Positions 12,177 through 24,009 of a stretch of 64,000 nucleotides of DNA are shown here, piece by piece (the stretch's first letter is position 1; every line of letters starts with the position of its first letter). The position numbers were made by a program, and so were the translations under genes. The notes below the pieces were generated by a model, which searched no databases, was not told the origin of the DNA, and saw only the letters and a program-made list of their open reading frames with translations. The stretch is taken from NCBI GenBank assembly GCA_964106645.2, contig OZ067039.1, one strand, 5' to 3'. The stretch comes from Podarcis pityusensis (taxonomy: Eukaryota).

Positions 12177-12741
12177 TGCTGTGCCTTTCTCTTAGCCTTA
12201 TTGCTGTGTTAGCAGAAACATATATGCATTTAGCTGCATTTGCAATTTGCAAGGAAGACATCCATCATAGTCATGAGATGGTCATCATAACCCAATGTTC
12301 AGTGAAACAGGATGTCCAAGTTGGGTGCTTTCCACATAGGACACAGGATGTCTGATAACAGGAGGGGTTTGGGGGGGCTTTGTCTGCCAAACGGGGATTT
12401 TTGCTTTGCTTGCTGATAACAGTATATGAGTAATTACTAATATAATGAGCAATTATATGGAAAGCAGAAGCAATCTTTATATGGACATAGGAGGATATAG
12501 GAAGGGTGGTGTCCAAGCTTATTGATTTAATTTTGCTGCAGTTTATGAATATGTAATGCCTAAAGCTATCTGGAAAAAGGTATATAAGCCCAGAGCACAA
12601 ATGATCAGGGTCCAGTCCTTGGGAGGGAACTCCACTGGACCTATTGCTGTCAGCAATAAATTTTACTTTCTATTTCTCCAATTGCTGCATATGTGGTCTT
12701 TGATCACACAATGAACAGGTATCTAGGTAACCTTCGCAACA
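12177..12741 (+). mobile_element. Probable solo LTR in TASOR intron 10, antisense to TASOR
   Basis: TG...GCAACA ends, TATATAAG near 12581, AATAAA near 12655; TSD not resolved. Confidence 0.45.
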
Positions 12742-13189
12742 AAATGAGACTAATTAAATTTCATGTAGTATTCATGGAGACTTTGTTTCTTCTCCACACA
12801 CACCCTCTGTTTTTTTCTGCTTTTTTTACAGAAATGAGTGCTGTATGTCTGCTTCACACTGTGGAAGGCTGGAGAACACATAATCATTCTTAGAATACAT
12901 ATTCACTGTTTTACTATAATGATGGTTTCTTCTGGTTTTACTGGTTTCTGCCTACTACTCATAAACTGGCAAAATGAAACAAGTAAGTTCCTTATACTTC
13001 ATCTGTTTGTAACTCCATTTACAATTAAAAAGCAAATTCAGCTTATAATTGTCTGAATGAGCTGTACTTTTAATACACCAAACTATACTGAATGCAAACC
13101 AAGTTATACAAAGCACATTTTATGTTCCTAAAGTAACAACAAAGTAACCTTTGATCTATGATGGGCACTAAGAAAAGAGTTGGTGTTAA

Positions 13190-14590
13190 ATATGTTCAGA
13201 TGGTGTTATATATGTTCAAGCCAGTGTACTCAAATCAACAGTCTGCCTGTTGTATTCTGAGCTACTTAAAATTTATGAACCATCTTCAAAGGCAGCGCTA
13301 TAAGCAACACACTGCAGTAATCTAACCTGGATGTTACAAAAGCGCTGATAACTGCTTACAAGTAAAGGTTGGATCCAACAAAAAACAAAGCTGTATGCAG
13401 TGGTGCCTCGCAAGACGAAAAGAATCTGTTCCGTGATTCTCTTCGTCTAGCGGTTTTTTCGTCTTGCGAAGCAAGCCCATTGACAGATTAGCGGATTAGC
13501 GCTATCAGCGGCTTATCTGCTGATCGGATCAGCTGATAAGCGGCTTAGCGGCTTAGAAAAAGGGGGGGAGGGGGAAAAACCCGCAGGAACTCGCAAGGCA
13601 TTGTCGTCTTGCGAAGCAAGCCCATAGGAAATTCGTTTTGCGAAGCACCTCCAAAACGGAAAACCCTTTCGTCTAGCGGGTTTTCCGTCTTGCGAGGCAT
13701 TCGTCTTGCGGGGCACCACTGTACAAGTGTAACCTAATCAAAAGTGAGCAAGACACAACTTTACACATCCGCTTAACCACCCACTAACAGTATATCCCAT
13801 CTTGTCTAGATTGAGTTTCAGTATTAGCCCTCATCTACTCCATTAAACCCAAGGCACCAGTTCAGCACTTCCACTGTCTTTGTGGATTTTGATGCTGAGG
13901 AGAAATAGAACAGGGTGTCACAAGGATACTAATGGCAACTGGCTGCGAACAACCTCTGTCAGCAGATTCACAAAGACATTAAACAGCATGAAGATCATCT
14001 CCACCATCATTATCCAAAATATATATGCCAGGAAGGAGCAGAACCAGCTCAAAATGGTGCCTCCCACGGACATTCCAGATGGACAATCCAAAAGCATAAT
14101 TCAGAAGCATACTGTGACTGATGGTACTGAAGGAGCAAAAACCAAGAAATCCAGAATAACCAACAAGTCATACTCTCCTGTAGCTGTCACTTTGGTACCA
14201 GGGTGACCAAGGCAGTTTCAATGACAAAACTGGTCCTGTATCCAGATTCAAAGAGGTCTTAGATACTCCGTTTCATCCAATAATCCCAAGATATTTGCTC
14301 CCAAAAGAGAGATTTGTGACCAGTCATAGTCAACTTGGGCTAAAGCAGATTCTTAAGGAGTGCCTGCACAGCTGCATCCTCTAGGCAGATTTGACACAAT
14401 GAGGCATGAATTATCTTCTGAAATGACCCAATCATCCATCAGAAGTTATCAACTGCAACAGGCACTGGTTGAGCAGAAACATGGCGGGCCTTATCCAATC
14501 AAAAACATTGGCAATATCTGGATGAATTTCAGGAATTGTAGCCTAAGATGCGGACAGACTGACTCTTACTTTCGTTACTTCTACAGCAGC
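13190..14590 (-). mobile_element. Degenerate L2 LINE fragment, interrupted by a MITE
   Basis: Minus strand reads AFVTSRLDYCSVLLIALPLKMV (L2 C-terminal motif) near 13280-13350; further L2-like sequence beyond 13724. Confidence 0.7.
13398..13721. mobile_element. MITE family B
   Basis: TIR CAGTGGTGCCTCGCAAGACGAA / TTCGTCTTGCGGGGCACCACTG, flanked by TG and TA. Confidence 0.88.
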
Positions 14591-14622
14591 TGTGGCATTC
14601 AACCCTCAAGTTGGATCAGATG

Positions 14623-14776
14623 TGAATGATAGCTCAGTCGGTAGAGCATGGGACTCTTAATGCCAGGATTGTAGGTTCTAGCCCCACATTGGGCAAAAGA
14701 TTCCTGCGTTGCAAGGGTGTGGACTAGATGAATCTTGTGGTCCCTTCCAACCCTACAATTGTATGATTCCATGAAT
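14623..14776 (+). mobile_element. tRNA-Lys(CTT)-derived SINE with CR1-type 3' tail (P.s.1/SINE-like, lacertid)
   Basis: TAGCTCAGTCGGTAGAGCATGGGACTCTTAAT...GCCCCACATTGGGC followed by CR1 tail GGACTAGATG...GGTCCCTTCCAAC...ATGATTCCATG. Confidence 0.85.
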
Positions 14777-15141
14777 ACCAGCCAAGTGATTAGTAAATGC
14801 AACAGTGAGCTGTTAAGGGTTCTCTGATCTTCCTGCAAGTCCATAGAGAGACTCAGTACTACTTGAAATGGTTCTCTTGAACAATACTGTGTTGATGCAG
14901 TAGTGATGGTAATGTATTGCATCTTTGCCACCATCAATGCCACGGAGTGAACTCTAAAATGAGCTCTAGCCTTTGTTCAGTTGGGTGTATTCGCCACTTG
15001 TTTTCTAACAATCTACCCTACTGCTTTATCACCCTATGTTTGCCAGTGACTTGAGCAACAAAAAGAATGCAGAAAGGCATCCATTAGGGACAATACTTAT
15101 CTGGATAAATAATGTTTTCCTTTAATTAGAAGAGACTTTAC

Positions 15142-15242
15142 CTTCCCTTTCTCCTGAATATATTTCTTTCTGCAACACACGTGGAAAGACGTGCTTTAAG
15201 TGTTCAATGTTCATAACCATGTCAACATCGAGCTTTTCAGGT
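15142..15242 (-). CDS. TASOR: TASOR exon 10 (PEKLDVDMVMNIEHLKHVFPRVLQKEIYSGERE)
   Basis: AG/GT sites, 101 nt, phase-consistent; LPEKLDV motif. Confidence 0.94.
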
Positions 15243-15498
15243 CTAAAGATGAAAGAATAAAGAAATCTGAGGTTTTTTCTATCTCAGCAGCAATTGGTCA
15301 CATTTTTAGCTAAGGTTATAATTCTTACATCATTTTTTGAAGTAGTGTTGGAAGTGTGCATAGAAACACACTTTCTAGCAACAGAAAATCTGGTCATATC
15401 ATGCATAGAATCGAAGTGTTCCCAGACCTTCAAGATCTGACATAATCTAGGCTAATAAATGAGGATTTCAGGTCTGTGTTTTAAAGTTTTATACTTAC

Positions 15499-15604
15499 AG
15501 TTTGCAGGGAAGCAAAGGACGCATTTCTGATTTCAAAGCAGCATGGCATACAAGCGTCCCTCTGTTTAAAAGCTGCCCTTTCCATAAGGTGTAGCTTGCC
15601 TTAT
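15499..15604 (-). CDS. TASOR: TASOR exon 9 (DKASYTLWKGQLLNRGTLVCHAALKSEMRPLLPCKL), start of SPOC domain
   Basis: AG/GTAAGT sites, 106 nt; conserved YTLWKGQLLN. Confidence 0.95.
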
Positions 15605-16679
15605 CTATGTGAAAAAAGAATAATGTACTTTGTAATACTTCTTATAAAAATGGTGCTTTGAAGATATGAATTAAAATGGGATTCATTTATACCCAAAAAA
15701 TTGTATTAGGAGATGGCTTTGCAGACATGATCAGAGAAGTTAAATTTTCTTGAGTAAGTTTCTTTTTAGATGTGGCAGAAGGATTTTCAAGTGTCCCTTC
15801 TCCAAAGTAATGATATGAAAAATTAAAAGTGTCATTGGTATAATGAAGAAATTGACAGCTCAGCCTTGCATTTAATAACTCATCTGGTAACCATAAGCAA
15901 CCTAGAATTTCATCCCAGCAAGTGAGTGGGCAGGAAGGGGAAGTGTTTCTATGCTTGCCACAGAGGAGATAAAGCACCTTCCTCCAGGCTAGTATGGAAA
16001 TTCAGGAAACTACCCTTCTACTGGCCTTCTAACAAGCGGGCTGGCAGAGGAGGAACACAGTTGAGGGGCTTATACAGAAAGGCTTCCTTTCCTCCGTGGC
16101 TTATATAGAAACTCAGAACTTTTGTAGACTTATTTATGAAGCTGGGAAAGTAATGGACTTCAAGAAGAGAAATCACTATTTCTGCATATCACAACTCCCA
16201 GTCTAATATGGAATTTTATAGGTTCCCCTAAAATACCACAGCAGATTCCAGAACTGACGGACATTATATAGTCAAATCACACTGCTTGGGTGTCAGTGGA
16301 TGAAAATAATGAATATGAGAAATGTTATTTACCACAAAGTTCAAATCCATTAGATGAAAGTATACCCCATCAAAGAGTATCAGTTTGGCTCTACTCCCAT
16401 ATGCCAAAGAGCAAGAAAAAGTTTTTAAAAAATGACCCTAGCATCAGTAGCTTGCAGCAAAGAGCATGATGTCTGAGAACTACCTAATTGCTTAAAGGGG
16501 GGGATGTGAATAGTAAAGTGAACAAAATAAAGATTGATGACAAGGTCATCCCCCTTTCCTCGCTATCTAATCCAAGCTCATGCCATGGTGTATGTAGGTT
16601 TAACTACTCTCCTTCCACTTAATGGAATAGCATCCAAGGTGCTTAAGAACAGTAGCTTTCCTGATTGGATTCTCTTTGT

Positions 16680-17490
16680 GGGAGACGCCTAAGAGGATTT
16701 TCTACCTAAAGGCAGCTTTTCTTGAAGAGGTCAACGTTCTTGCACTTTGTAAAAATGTCCATCAATGTTCATATGCCTGTCTTGCAAATGTCCACCAACA
16801 TGTGCTATCTTTCACTGCTGCTGCCACAGCAGACTGGTCTAACCATGGTTTGGTTGACAGGACTGTTTCTCAGAATTCCCTTGCATGCTGCAATTCACTT
16901 CCTGGTTCATTGTAACTGTAGCTTGCCATGACATCTGAATTGAGCAGTTCATATGCACCACAAATCGGAACTGTACACCATAGCTTAACCACTGTGACTC
17001 TTCTCAGAAGTTTAGGATGCAGAATGAGCTTTATATTATTCCCAGAGATGGACTTTCATCAGAACTTCATGCACTAAATCACATACACAGCTGTCAAGGT
17101 ACTTAGTTCTGAGGTATTTGGGTCTCCATCCAGCTTATATTTCTTTCTTTTTGGACTCCTGTTTATGAGCTGTTACTGACTGACAATGAGGCTCCTGCTC
17201 AAAACAGACCGACATTCATTATGAGGAGAGCCTTTTTTGAACCTGCAGTGGTCTGTCCTCCAAAGAGATGCTGCTAGATCCAAACACTTCTGGGCTGTTC
17301 AAACACTTCAATAATTTCCTAAAATGGAAGAACCCACTGGAGTGGCCTGGAATGTTTTCAAACTCAGGTACAAAGGAGGAACACGTATTCTGCTTCATTC
17401 ATGTTCTTCATTCTTGCTCATTGCAAGGCATTTTGCTCTTCTTGATCAATCCCGCTTCCACTGGAGGACCAAACAATTAGGACACTGTTG
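16680..17490 (-). mobile_element. Degraded DIRS1-like tyrosine-recombinase remnant
   Basis: VDICKTGI*TLMDIFTKCKNVDL then AAFR*KILL, resembling DICKAATWSS.HTFTKHY..D..AAFGRKVL; upstream extent uncertain. Confidence 0.55.
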
Positions 17491-19225
17491 CTACCCTTGA
17501 GGGCAGACCAGCCCGATATACCAGCTCTCTTCTTGTCTATAAGGAATTAATTTAAAGCAGTAATTGGGAACCTCAGACCCAATTCCATTTCAGCAAGATG
17601 TATAGTAATGCTGTTGTAGAACACCTCTATAAAGGTATAGCTGAAGATATCACCTATAAAAGCACATGTGGAATAGTCAATATGATCTACTTTCTTGATC
17701 TACTATCTGCAGTTATTAGTATAAGGATACAGCTACAATCTAATGGAGTCATGTTTGATGCCTCGTAGTTCAATGATTATTCACTCTGAACCAAATCAGA
17801 ACCAAGATGTTTTCAGTATTCTCATCCAATTCCATTAACACAAGAACCCAGTTGGCACATCACTTTAAACCATTGCTAAAAAGAAAGCTATATTTCAATG
17901 TGAATGCAATTTCTCACTCTCTTCATCTCCCACACTACTACTGGGAAAGAAGGAAGTGTCTGGTGTGCTGAACGCCCAAACCCAGGCTTTTGGTTTCTCT
18001 CCAAATAGCAGTATGCACTAGCATGCTGTGTATTCACAATGAATTGTGTTTTGGTTTCATGTGGTATGTGACCAAGGCAAAGGTAGAAAATGCTATGCGG
18101 TAAGAAGATTTTTATTCTATTTACCGCATAAGAATTACACACCTCAAAAAGGCACCCCCCAAAAAAGAGAGACTTCTAGCAAGCAGGCTGGTGGAGGCAG
18201 AATGGAACACTTCCTTCTCTGCTCACCATGCATTTGTCAAGGAAGAGACTTTCCTCCATAGCGAACACAAAAATCCAACTGGTCAACAGAAGAGAAATGG
18301 AACAATCTAGCTCTCCTCCATCACCATGCTCACTTGCCTCCATGGAATTCCTGGTCACCTATGACTATCAGGTAAGTTGTTAAATACAAGGCTGAATTAG
18401 GTAGAAGTTATTGATACTAAAAGGAAGACAGTCGTTCATTTCATGAAGACACTGTTTTGATTTTTAGTTTTCCATTACCCTAACAATACTCTATGTCAGT
18501 TTGCTACTCAACATTTTCTTGTTTCACCATTTCTAACCTTATAATATTAGAAAAAACCCACAAATGAGAACATTTTACAAATTATTTACATATATAAACA
18601 CACAGCTGTTATGCAAATAAGCAAATTCATGCAGATAACTTAATCTGCATAAATTATTCTAATTTATTTAGCAAATAATTTCATTTTTTTCAAAGCTAGG
18701 CATGTAACAGCCATGTTTGCACATAACCACAAAGTCAGGTTTCTGGCTTATTGAGATGCATAGCATTAGTGAGACATAGTCTGCTACCCACTACCCAACT
18801 GCTGCTGCTTCACTTCTCCCCTGCTGCAAGCAAGATACAAACCGGGAAGCTTTGATTCCCCATTAAATGCAAACAAGGTATTGTGATATGCTGCTCCTTA
18901 TCAAGACACAGGAACAAGTCAAACTTCATTGTTGTGGCTTGTTAGAGAGAAACTCACTAGGATCCCTTGTTCACACTTAAGGGGAAGACAAGGCTTTCTG
19001 GCTTATTTATTCCACTTATTCCAAGAGAGAAGGTAAGCAGGAGCAATTGATACTCTTATATAGCTTGTTCACACTAAACTACTATAAAGCCAGAAACCTT
19101 GATGCTCAAGGTGTTACTTGTGGTCAACCCATGTGCTTTGAATTAGCCTCAAAGCACCACATCTTCTAGCACATCTAGGGACTTATATAAATCAAGACAG
19201 TTCTATTTAATAATTGAATTCTTAC

Positions 19226-19257
19226 CAGTGCTTTTATCCACATTAGAAATCTTTGTT
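19226..19257 (-). CDS. TASOR: TASOR micro-exon 8 (R-TKISNVDKST-D), 32 nt
   Basis: TTGCTTGTAG acceptor, G|GTAAGA donor; 32 nt gives exactly the phase 2-to-1 link needed between exons 7 and 9; sequence is divergent. Confidence 0.75.
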
Positions 19258-22230
19258 CTACAAGCAAAATACACACAGTTAAAATCAAAAAGCAGAAGTA
19301 GTGCTTTCCCTCACATGTAGTTTCCACCTTTATGTTCTTGAACAGCCATGGACCAAATACTTCTTTATCTACATTTTTTCTCTCTCTGAATTTTAAAGCT
19401 AAGTGATCTTGGAGAAGGCATAAAATGTACACAATTTACATATCTGTTGCAGAATATATGATTCTTGGACACAAAAGTCTCAGTTCCCCAGAACTGCAAA
19501 GCCACCATAGGGCAGAAATGCCCTGAAAGGCTCCTGTGAGACCTTTTACCTGATACCACTGGCCTGCACAAGATAACACATCAATACGCCAGCAGTTTCA
19601 AAATATTAGATTGGTTCCTAGTAGACTGATCTTGATTAAAAGAAAGTTACACCACAAATTGATCCAAGCTCCCAACAGAAAACATGCTTCAGGTATTTCC
19701 AGGTCCTCTGGCAAGTGTGGCAAGCAGCAAGCCTTCCTACCAACTTTTAAGCTGTGGAGGTGCTTCAAAGTACAACTGCTGGTATGAACCCCTCCACAAG
19801 TCCAAAGTTGGGAGGAAAGTGGGGAGCAATTTGGCTGCTATGTGGCCAAGGCATCTGGAAAATCTTGATCAGGGCCAAACCAGCAAACTCCCCCTTTCCT
19901 GCTTCAGGACAATAAAGGACAGTATGGGCATCCTGGCTGCTGCTTCATGGCATCACTTTGAGCCCGGCTGCTTGACAGTGACTGAAGCCAGCACACTTCC
20001 CACTGTCCTCTTGCAGACAAAGTAGGTAGGGAAGACTTCTTCATCTGGGTCACTCTGCAGAGCATCAGATGAAGTTGCAACGCTCTCTGCCTTTCAAACA
20101 GGGTGATTTCTTTGCTTTTGGGTGGAGGTGGTACCATCAAGTTGGTAGGAAGAACCTGGCAACTTATGTTTGGCTAGCAAGGCCTCCAAAAACTGGAGAC
20201 CCCTAGATTTCCCCTACATTTATGTCATTATAAGCCTACTAGCATTTGCTGCCCAGTTATTTTTATGTAGTAGTTGTCACAATTCATAAGCCACACTTCA
20301 ACTCGTATTCCATTTGTAACCTCAACTACAGTGCTACATTCTCATCACAACACAAATTTTAAAATAGCCAGTCACCTGGTTGCTATCGCAAGTAGCTACT
20401 CCAGTCAAAGCAGTTTAACAGTTCCTTAATATCGCCAATTGCTTCCGACATTGAAGCCTTCTAACAATTTATCAGAACTACAGCAAAGAGAACAAACCCT
20501 AATATATGGAAACTGTGTAAAACATCAATTAAGAATATGTAGAGTCCACTGGACTCAGGCTGAAATAGAGGGCCTTGGCCAAATCTGCCCAGCGTTAAAC
20601 AGTAATTTATAAGATTGTGATCTCTCTCATAGGGATGTTGGCAAAACACACTAAATACTTTACAGTTTGAATCACAGACTTAGGTACTGCAGCTCACATA
20701 ACTTGCAGTTTTCTAAGCCAAATAGACCCCACCAGGTTCTCAAAAAAACCTTCCAGAGGATACCAAGATTGAGATTGTCAGCCACCTGACAAAGTACAGC
20801 ACATGGCCACTCAGCTTTGCTTCACTTGAAGCAACAGTGGATAAACCAATTCAAACCAAAAGTCACGTTGACCAATGTCCAATCTCTTGGTGGTTGCATG
20901 CCAAAATGTGGGAAGCCAAAATGTGAAAGTGGGAATGGTGAGGACTGCAGTTCTCAAGGAGTCACAAATAGTTTTAGACTGGTTAGTGTTCTAGAAACTT
21001 ATGTTCTATTTTTTGTCCACTCTCTGCTACACTTTATGAAAATAACTTTTCAAGGAGTATTTTAACTTGCTGGAATCTTAATGTTTGTTTTGCTTAACCC
21101 AACACACATTATTATTTACTTTCTTCCTTAAAAAGAAATGGCTTCCATTATTTTTGCAGGAAAAGCTGTGCTCTCACCACTGTTAAGTGGGGACAAAATC
21201 TGCACCTCCATGACACAAAGTTCATCGGCATCTAAGCCAAGTCATCTCAGCAATAATGAACTGCAGTCCCTTTATACTTTCTCACAGAAGTGAATGAGAT
21301 GCACGGACTTGCTGGTGGCAGAGCAATTGTGAAGGAGTCCCTGGGGCTATTCTGTTTCCATAGACATACAGAATTCATTACTATGAAGCAGCATTCCAGT
21401 GCTTAAAGCCAAGCATGACCAAGAGGCATGCTAACATGTGAAACTGTCTAGAAACTTTATTTTACCTTTAACAAACGTTACACGAAATAAGCAAGCAAGT
21501 ACTATTCTTATGTAACAGATTAGACACCAAGGCCAATATCTGAACCTAGGCACACGCATGTGCCACACTAGAAATCTCAAAAGGAACAAGATTGCTGCAG
21601 CCTCATGTTACATATAATATACTCAAGTGATTACTGAAATGCAAATTATTTGAAGCCCATTTACCAAAAAAAGCAAATTCACTTACAAATTGAAATCTGA
21701 TGATCAAACTGTTAAAAATAAAATATGTGTCTACAGAATAGTCATTATGGATGAAAGGGTGTTTAAAAAGTATAGACCAGACCAATCACAAGCTAACATC
21801 CCATCGTATCTGCAAGAGACCAGCTCTGATTTTTCCTCTCCCTGCCTTGTTTCTACTCAGGCTGGTCACTGTAAGAACTAACAGGTAACTTTTAGAACTG
21901 GTGCCTGACTTGGCTTGTTTTTCTCTTCCCTTTTATCCGTTCTCCTTTTGTGTCATGTATTTTAGGTTGTAAGCCTGAGAACAAGGACTATTTTACTACC
22001 AAGCTCTTTACAGCTGACAAGCAGGATAAAAATACTACACTTTTTTAAAAAAAGAAACAACCATTTGTACAGCTTGAGTAAGACACTACCATTTCCAATT
22101 CTTCATCAAAGGTGCAACCATGTATCAAGACCAGCAAGTAGTAACAAACCGAAAATGTATACACTTTTAAGCATTAAAGCCTTTCACATTAGATGCTACT
22201 TTTTAAGAAATGTGTGAAAACCCTTCTTAC

Positions 22231-22358
22231 CTTGCTTGTGGCAAATACTTTAGTACCTTTTCATCACTGTGAGAAAATGATACAACAGCATATGGACACA
22301 CATGCCTTGGTCTTGGTCTTGGTCTGATCTCATCAAAGTAATATTCATAGAAATAATA
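22231..22358 (-). CDS. TASOR: TASOR exon 7 (YYFYEYYFDEIRPRPRPRHVCPYAVVSFSHSDEKVLKYLPQAR)
   Basis: TTTCCAG acceptor, AG|GTAAGA donor, 128 nt; conserved YYFYEY and PRHVCPYAVVSF. Confidence 0.96.
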
Positions 22359-22718
22359 CTGGAAACAAATTCAAAAGAAACTCAAGTTTGCATATTACTA
22401 ATGCTAAGAGATGCTTGCTGAATTTATTTTATAGTAGATTTCAAACTCTTCATTTGAACTTTGTAATTAAACTAGTATAATGCTAGTAATGCTGAAACTT
22501 ATTAGCACCATGAACAAATTATTATAGTTGTGATTAAAACTCAACTTTCAAGACAAATCTCTACAAAACAAATTCAAAATGTTAGGCAGCATTTGACCTG
22601 TAACAGCCTGCATACTGGAAAGGATTATACTGGAGTTGTTTCATAAGAACTACAAACCTGGCAGCAAGCACATAAATATTTGTATGCAGCTATGTTCATA
22701 TAACTGTCATTCTCTTAC

Positions 22719-22877
22719 CTGTGTGAGCTCATATGCTCTGTAACGTAGGAAGGAACGGATTTTGTCTGCATTCTTTAAAACATGGCATTCATGCTTTGGT
22801 GTAGGGTCTAATCCACTTTTAACATTTGAGTCAATTGATTTCACTGCTAGGTTACTGTATACTGCCTTCATTTTTCC
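22719..22877 (-). CDS. TASOR: TASOR exon 6 (GKMKAVYSNL...DPTPKHECHV...YRAYELTQ)
   Basis: AG/GT sites, 159 nt; conserved LDPTPKHECHV and YRAYELTQ. Confidence 0.96.
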
Positions 22878-23422
22878 CTAAAAGAGTCAGAAAAATCCCC
22901 ATCAGGAAAGTATAATGCACACAGCAAACATAAGAAGTCATACCATTTTATATTCAATGAATTCACATATAAAGTAGCCAAATATTTATTGTTCACTCAC
23001 TCCAGCTACTTTAAATGTTGGTAGTCATTTGAAAAATCTGCAATTGCCATTAACTTCATCAACAAACCAGATACACTCTTCAGTTCTGAAAATGACTTTT
23101 GCAACTGTTAGCAAATTTTAAAAATTTAAATACTGCAACATAAGGAGTGGCTCTGATTGATACAGAAAAATGCTCTATTTGAAGTGTTTCATGTCAGGAA
23201 ATTGCTATATTAAGAAACGTACTATTACATTTTATTTATTTTGTAAGATTTTTTCACTTGCCCACACCATAAGATCCCAGAGCAGGATACAGGAATAGAA
23301 AATACAAACATAAGCACAAATAAAATGATTACAATTATAAAATACATCCTTGGGAATGATTTAAGAAAAGGGCATACAACGTTAATGAACTGTGAGTGAA
23401 TTGAAAAACAGCTTAAACTTAC

Positions 23423-23514
23423 TTTTATTACTTTAAAAATAATAATATCACCCACTGCTCTAGCCTCCAGAGGATTAGCTTGCAATAAATCAGCATACCT
23501 AGAAAGATATACAC
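23423..23514 (-). CDS. TASOR: TASOR exon 5 (GVYLSRYADLLQANPLEARAVGDIIIFKVIK)
   Basis: CTCCAG acceptor, GTAAGT donor, 92 nt; conserved GVYLSRYADLLQANPL. Confidence 0.96.
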
Positions 23515-24009
23515 CTGGAGAATGTGAAGAGAACAAATGTCAAGGAAGGTTCAACATTTATGGTGTTTCCTAGTGATGCACAATAGAATGCCTATTACTA
23601 TAAAATGTATTTTCCAGATCTTATTTTAACTTTCCATTAAACTACTGAAACCATTTCTATCTGAAAGGACAAAACTAATGAACATCAAACAGAAGTGCAA
23701 ATATTTAACCATCTCTGATGATATATAACCTTAAAAAAGATTGAAAATTCTGTGTGGTCTATTGTTACAGCAAACACAAGGATAACCAAAAAGTAATATT
23801 TATATTTTAGAAGCCCAACAAGAGTTTTAAAATTATATCTTCCTATATACATAGAAATGTAATGTTGTTGTCATGTTGCCAAAAGGTGGCCACACCAGCT
23901 TTAGCATAACAAACAGCAGCCAGGTGAGAGAGGAAGTAGCCTTGTGAAGTACCAGCCCTCCTTCTTTAAGAGATTGGGGCAACCTCTAGGAGTGACAGAC
24001 AAGCGGGAG

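Noticed and set aside
14623-14695. tRNA-Lys(CTT) gene
   Set aside because: Acceptor stem and B box are mutated and it runs directly into a CR1 tail, so it is a SINE
19480-20900. Possible further DIRS/gypsy remnant (GPLFQ...HSFHILG in ORF 20461..20649)
   Set aside because: Motif spacing is too short and the similarity too weak to separate from chance
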